Source: Mobula hypostoma
Lineage: Eukaryota
Length of the DNA: 64,000 nucleotides
Reading direction: 5' to 3'
Assembly: GCF_963921235.1 (NCBI RefSeq)
Contig: NC_086097.1
Coordinates: forward strand, 164,860,001 to 164,924,000
In this document: piece after piece, positions 60,945 through 64,000 of the stretch
Numbering within the stretch: the stretch's first letter is position 1
How the letters are laid out: the number at the start of each line of letters is the position of its first letter
Made by a program: the position numbers and the translations under genes
Notes under the pieces: model-generated
The model's input: the letters and a program-made list of their open reading frames with translations, nothing else
Told to the model about the DNA's origin: nothing
Database searches by the model: none

Positions 60945-62062
60945 GGGGACAATGGTGGAAAGGGTAAGCAGCTTCTGTTTCTAGACATCAACATCTCAAA
61001 GTATCCATCCTGGACCCAACAAGAGGGCATGTCAGCAACTAAACTGCATTAGGAGTTTGAGGAGATTTGGTACGTCAACAAAGACTCCAGCAAAACTTTT
61101 ACAGATATATCATGTGGAGCATTCTGACTAGTCACATCAGCGGCTGGTATGGACGTTCCAATGCACAGGATCACAAGAGGCTGCACAGTGTCATAGACTC
61201 AGCCAGTTCCATCACGGGCAGAAGCTGGCCCACCAGTGAGGACATCTTCAAAAGGCAGTGACTCTAGAAGGTGGCATTCATCATTAAGAACCCCTACCAT
61301 CCGGGACATGCCCCCTTCTCAATACCGCCAGAGGGAGGAGGTACAGGAGCCTGAGGATGCACATTAAATATTTTAGGAACAACTTCTACCCCAGCACCAT
61401 CATATTTCTGAATGGTCCATGTACCCATGAACACTGCCTTGCCGTTCCTCTTCTGCGCTACTTATTTTTTATTGTAACCTTTAGTAATTATTGTTGTACT
61501 TAGGGGTGCATGAGGTGTCCAGGGAGATGTAGCACCTCTGGTGAAGGCGTTTGCCATGTCCAGTCTGGGGCAGCTCACTCACCTTTGGTCCTCACCAGAC
61601 ACTCAGCTCTCAAGCAGCTGTTTGCTTGCGACAGCAACCACAGCCTGGTACACTGCTTTGACAGGCAGGCTAAAGCAGGTGAGGGTAGCTGCTGGGCCTC
61701 AATGCCCCTGTGAGACAGGGACATGCCTGTCCTAGCACGTGACGTCAGCTCCAACAGACTAGGCAGGTGAGATCTACAATGAGGTCCAACGGCCAGGAAG
61801 GTGGCTCTGCAACACTCTATGGAAAATAGAGGGCATGGCAAGGCTGAAGAACTCATGGTCATCCACGCAACCAAGGAAGACCCCAGTTGTGAAGACTACT
61901 TGTAACAATGGACCCAGACCTCTGAGGTCAGGAGAGTGGAATTGCCCCAGTGCAATGACCTTTCCACTTTCAAAACTCTCCCATACAGCTCTCCGTCACC
62001 TGCCACAAAACAACAAATTTCATGACATATATTTGTAATAATAAACCTGATTCAGATTCTGA
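60945..62062 (+). mobile_element. Decayed Rex1/Babar-type 3' fragment with an unrelated ~490-bp insert (about 61500-61990)
   Basis: LQQNFYRYIMWSILTSHISGWYG..SASSITG; AATAAACCTGATTCAGATTCTGA tail. Confidence 0.65.
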
Positions 62063-62735
62063 TCAATAATGTGGTAGTAGGAAGTTTCATTAAAATTACA
62101 TACGTAATTGAAAAGCAAATGCAACATAGTGTGATGACAAGCCATGTCAGAAACAAAGGGGCTCTTGTTCACAGTCAGACTACAATATAATGTGTAATGT
62201 CACCAGCTTGTTGACGAAAACAAGACAGATTCATGCATTATCAAATGCAAGCATTTGATCATTGAAGGTTGATACAGAGCTGTGTCGATACAGACCTGCT
62301 ATTAAGACCCAGATCTTATGTTGCATTGAGCTAGACAATAACAGTATGTCAAGGAGGAGGTTAGCAGGTAATTGAACGCATTGATCACCAATCATTAAAC
62401 TAATGAATGAGCCAAATGACTCACTGGGAAGTTTGATCTGCAAACTCTAATGAAAGAAGACAATAGAAATACCAAAACTGAATACAGATAGAAGCTTAGA
62501 AATTATTCTTGCTGATAACGATGAATGCGTAATGTGTCTCTTTGAATTTTCTACATTTGCTAATTTAACAGGTGTATTGGTGAAGCCAGGTTGATGAAGA
62601 CTTATTCTGGCCTTGCCAGATGAACATATTGCACTTTGCATGACCCAGCTGTCCCATGAGACATCGTAGTTAAGGGCCTGGATGTACCTCAGCATCTTTG
62701 CATTGCTGAATCCACGTTAATTTGATGATATACGG

Positions 62736-62835
62736 TCCTGGTGAAGGGCCTCGGCCCGAAACATCAATTGTTTACTCTTTTCCATAGATGCTGCCTGGCC
62801 TGCTGAGTTCCTCCAGCATTTTGTGGGTGTTGCCC
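62736..62835 (+). repeat. Penelope pLTR fragment, hammerhead core mutated (CTGGTGA)
   Basis: GTCCTGGTGAAGGGCCTCGGCCCGAAACATC..GATGCTGCCTGGCCTGCTGAGTTCCTCCAGCATTTTGTG. Confidence 0.75.
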
Positions 62836-62837
62836 CT

Positions 62838-63050
62838 ATTTTAATCCTAGTTTAATCACAGGACAATTTTAATGACCTATTAACCTACCAATCAGTACAT
62901 CTTTGGTCTGTGGGAGTAAACATGAAGACCCAGATTTAACACGCGTGGTCACGGGGAGAATGTACAAACTGCTTATAAGCAGTGGCAGGAATTGAACCCA
63001 CATCGCTGGTATTGTAAAACGTTGTGCTAACCACTACACTACTATACTGT
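62838..63050 (-). mobile_element. V-SINE, decayed
   Basis: Reverse complement has tRNA-like A/B boxes (GTAGTGGTTAGC..GGTTCAATTCC) and a V-domain (CTCCCACAGACCAAAGATGTAC). Confidence 0.7.
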
Positions 63051-63055
63051 CTCAC

Positions 63056-63850
63056 AGAGGAACTCAGCAGGTCAGGCAACATCTATGAGAAGGAATGGAC
63101 ATTGATGTTTTGGGCTGAGACCCTTCATTAGGAATGGAAAGAAAGTGGACAGAAGCCAGAATAAAAGCAGAGGCAGAGGGAAGACCACAAGCTGGTGGCT
63201 GATAGACGAATCCAGGTGAGAGGAAAAAGGTAGGAAGGAGGGATGTGACAAAGATGTGAGAAGCTGGAAGGGGATTGGCAGAAGAGGGAAAGGAATGAAG
63301 AAGAAGGAATCTGATAGGAGAGGACAATAGACCATGGAATAAAGGATTTGGAATCAGAGGGAGGGAAGGTGTGGGTGATAGACAGGTTGTGAGGGTGGAG
63401 GTGGGGGAGAGAAGGGAAAAAGGGCCAGAGGGATAAGGGAAAACAGTTTGGGTGAGGGGAGGTGCAGAGGGATGGAGGGGACTGGTTACTGGATGAGAAA
63501 TTGATGTTGATGCCTTAAGGTTGGAAACCATAAAGGTGGAGTATGAGTTATTGCTCCTCCCATCTGTGTCTGGTCTCGATGTGACAGTAGAGGAGGCCAT
63601 GGATAGACATGTTATGGTGGGGATGAGAATTGGATTAAAGTGGCTGGCCTCTGAGTGATCCTGGCTGACACAGTGGATAAAGAAAATGTGCTCAACAAAG
63701 CACTCCCCCAATCTGCATCAGGTCTCACCAATGTAGAGGAGGCCACCGGGGAGCAAACAGGCCTAACAGATTCAGATGTGAAATGCTGCCTCACTCAGAA
63801 GGACTGGTTAGGGCTCTGAATGGTAGGGAGGGAGGTGGTGTAGGGACAGG
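63056..63850 (-). mobile_element. Old Penelope 3' fragment (GIY-YIG remnant, UTR, degenerate hammerhead), followed by an inverted pLTR piece at about 63920-64000 (+)
   Basis: MRQHFTSES, GECFVEH, ASHFN remnants; CAGTCCTGATGAAGGGTC at 63968 cut by the window end. Confidence 0.78.
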
Positions 63851-64000
63851 GCTGTAGGAATAAGTGTTTGGTGGGATATGCAAATGTTGGGTGAAAGGTG
63901 AATCTAGGCCTGTTCATATTCTCACCATCCGCCCACCTTTCCTTCTGGCTTATGCCCTCTTTCTTTCCAGTCCTGATGAAGGGTCTTCGCCCAACACATC

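Noticed and set aside
1..64000. CRISPR array, tRNA/rRNA genes, prokaryotic operons
   Set aside because: No regularly spaced repeats with unique spacers; tRNA-like boxes occur only in SINE heads; the sequence is vertebrate repeat-rich DNA

Overview
Repeat-dominated eukaryotic genomic DNA. The repertoire (CR1, Rex1/Babar, fish-type L1, Penelope-like elements, Gypsy LTRs, V-SINE and Deu-SINE, Tc1, Chapaev3) suggests a cartilaginous fish, probably a ray; this is inference. I found no host protein-coding exon, RNA gene or CRISPR array, and almost all ORFs are transposon pieces or their antisense shadows. The most notable structure is a Penelope-derived, non-coding 400-bp unit carrying a minimal dimer-type hammerhead ribozyme (HHR) motif. 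At 44575-45516 it is inserted as exactly one full unit on the minus strand plus about 1.35 tandem units on the plus strand, inside a 13-bp TSD. This is the layout expected of a retrozyme with a circular or multimeric RNA template. A near-complete relative (Penelope RT + GIY-YIG, 18555-20849) ends in the same motif, and more than a dozen further copies, most degenerate, are scattered through the window. Other points are a templated copy of about 420 bp of neighbouring DNA inside a solo LTR, a Chapaev3 remnant holding two nested inserts, a near-full-length decayed Tc1, a very young CR1, and a few TAAT-rich candidate conserved non-coding islands. Boundaries of old elements are approximate and family names come from motif recognition, not database searches.
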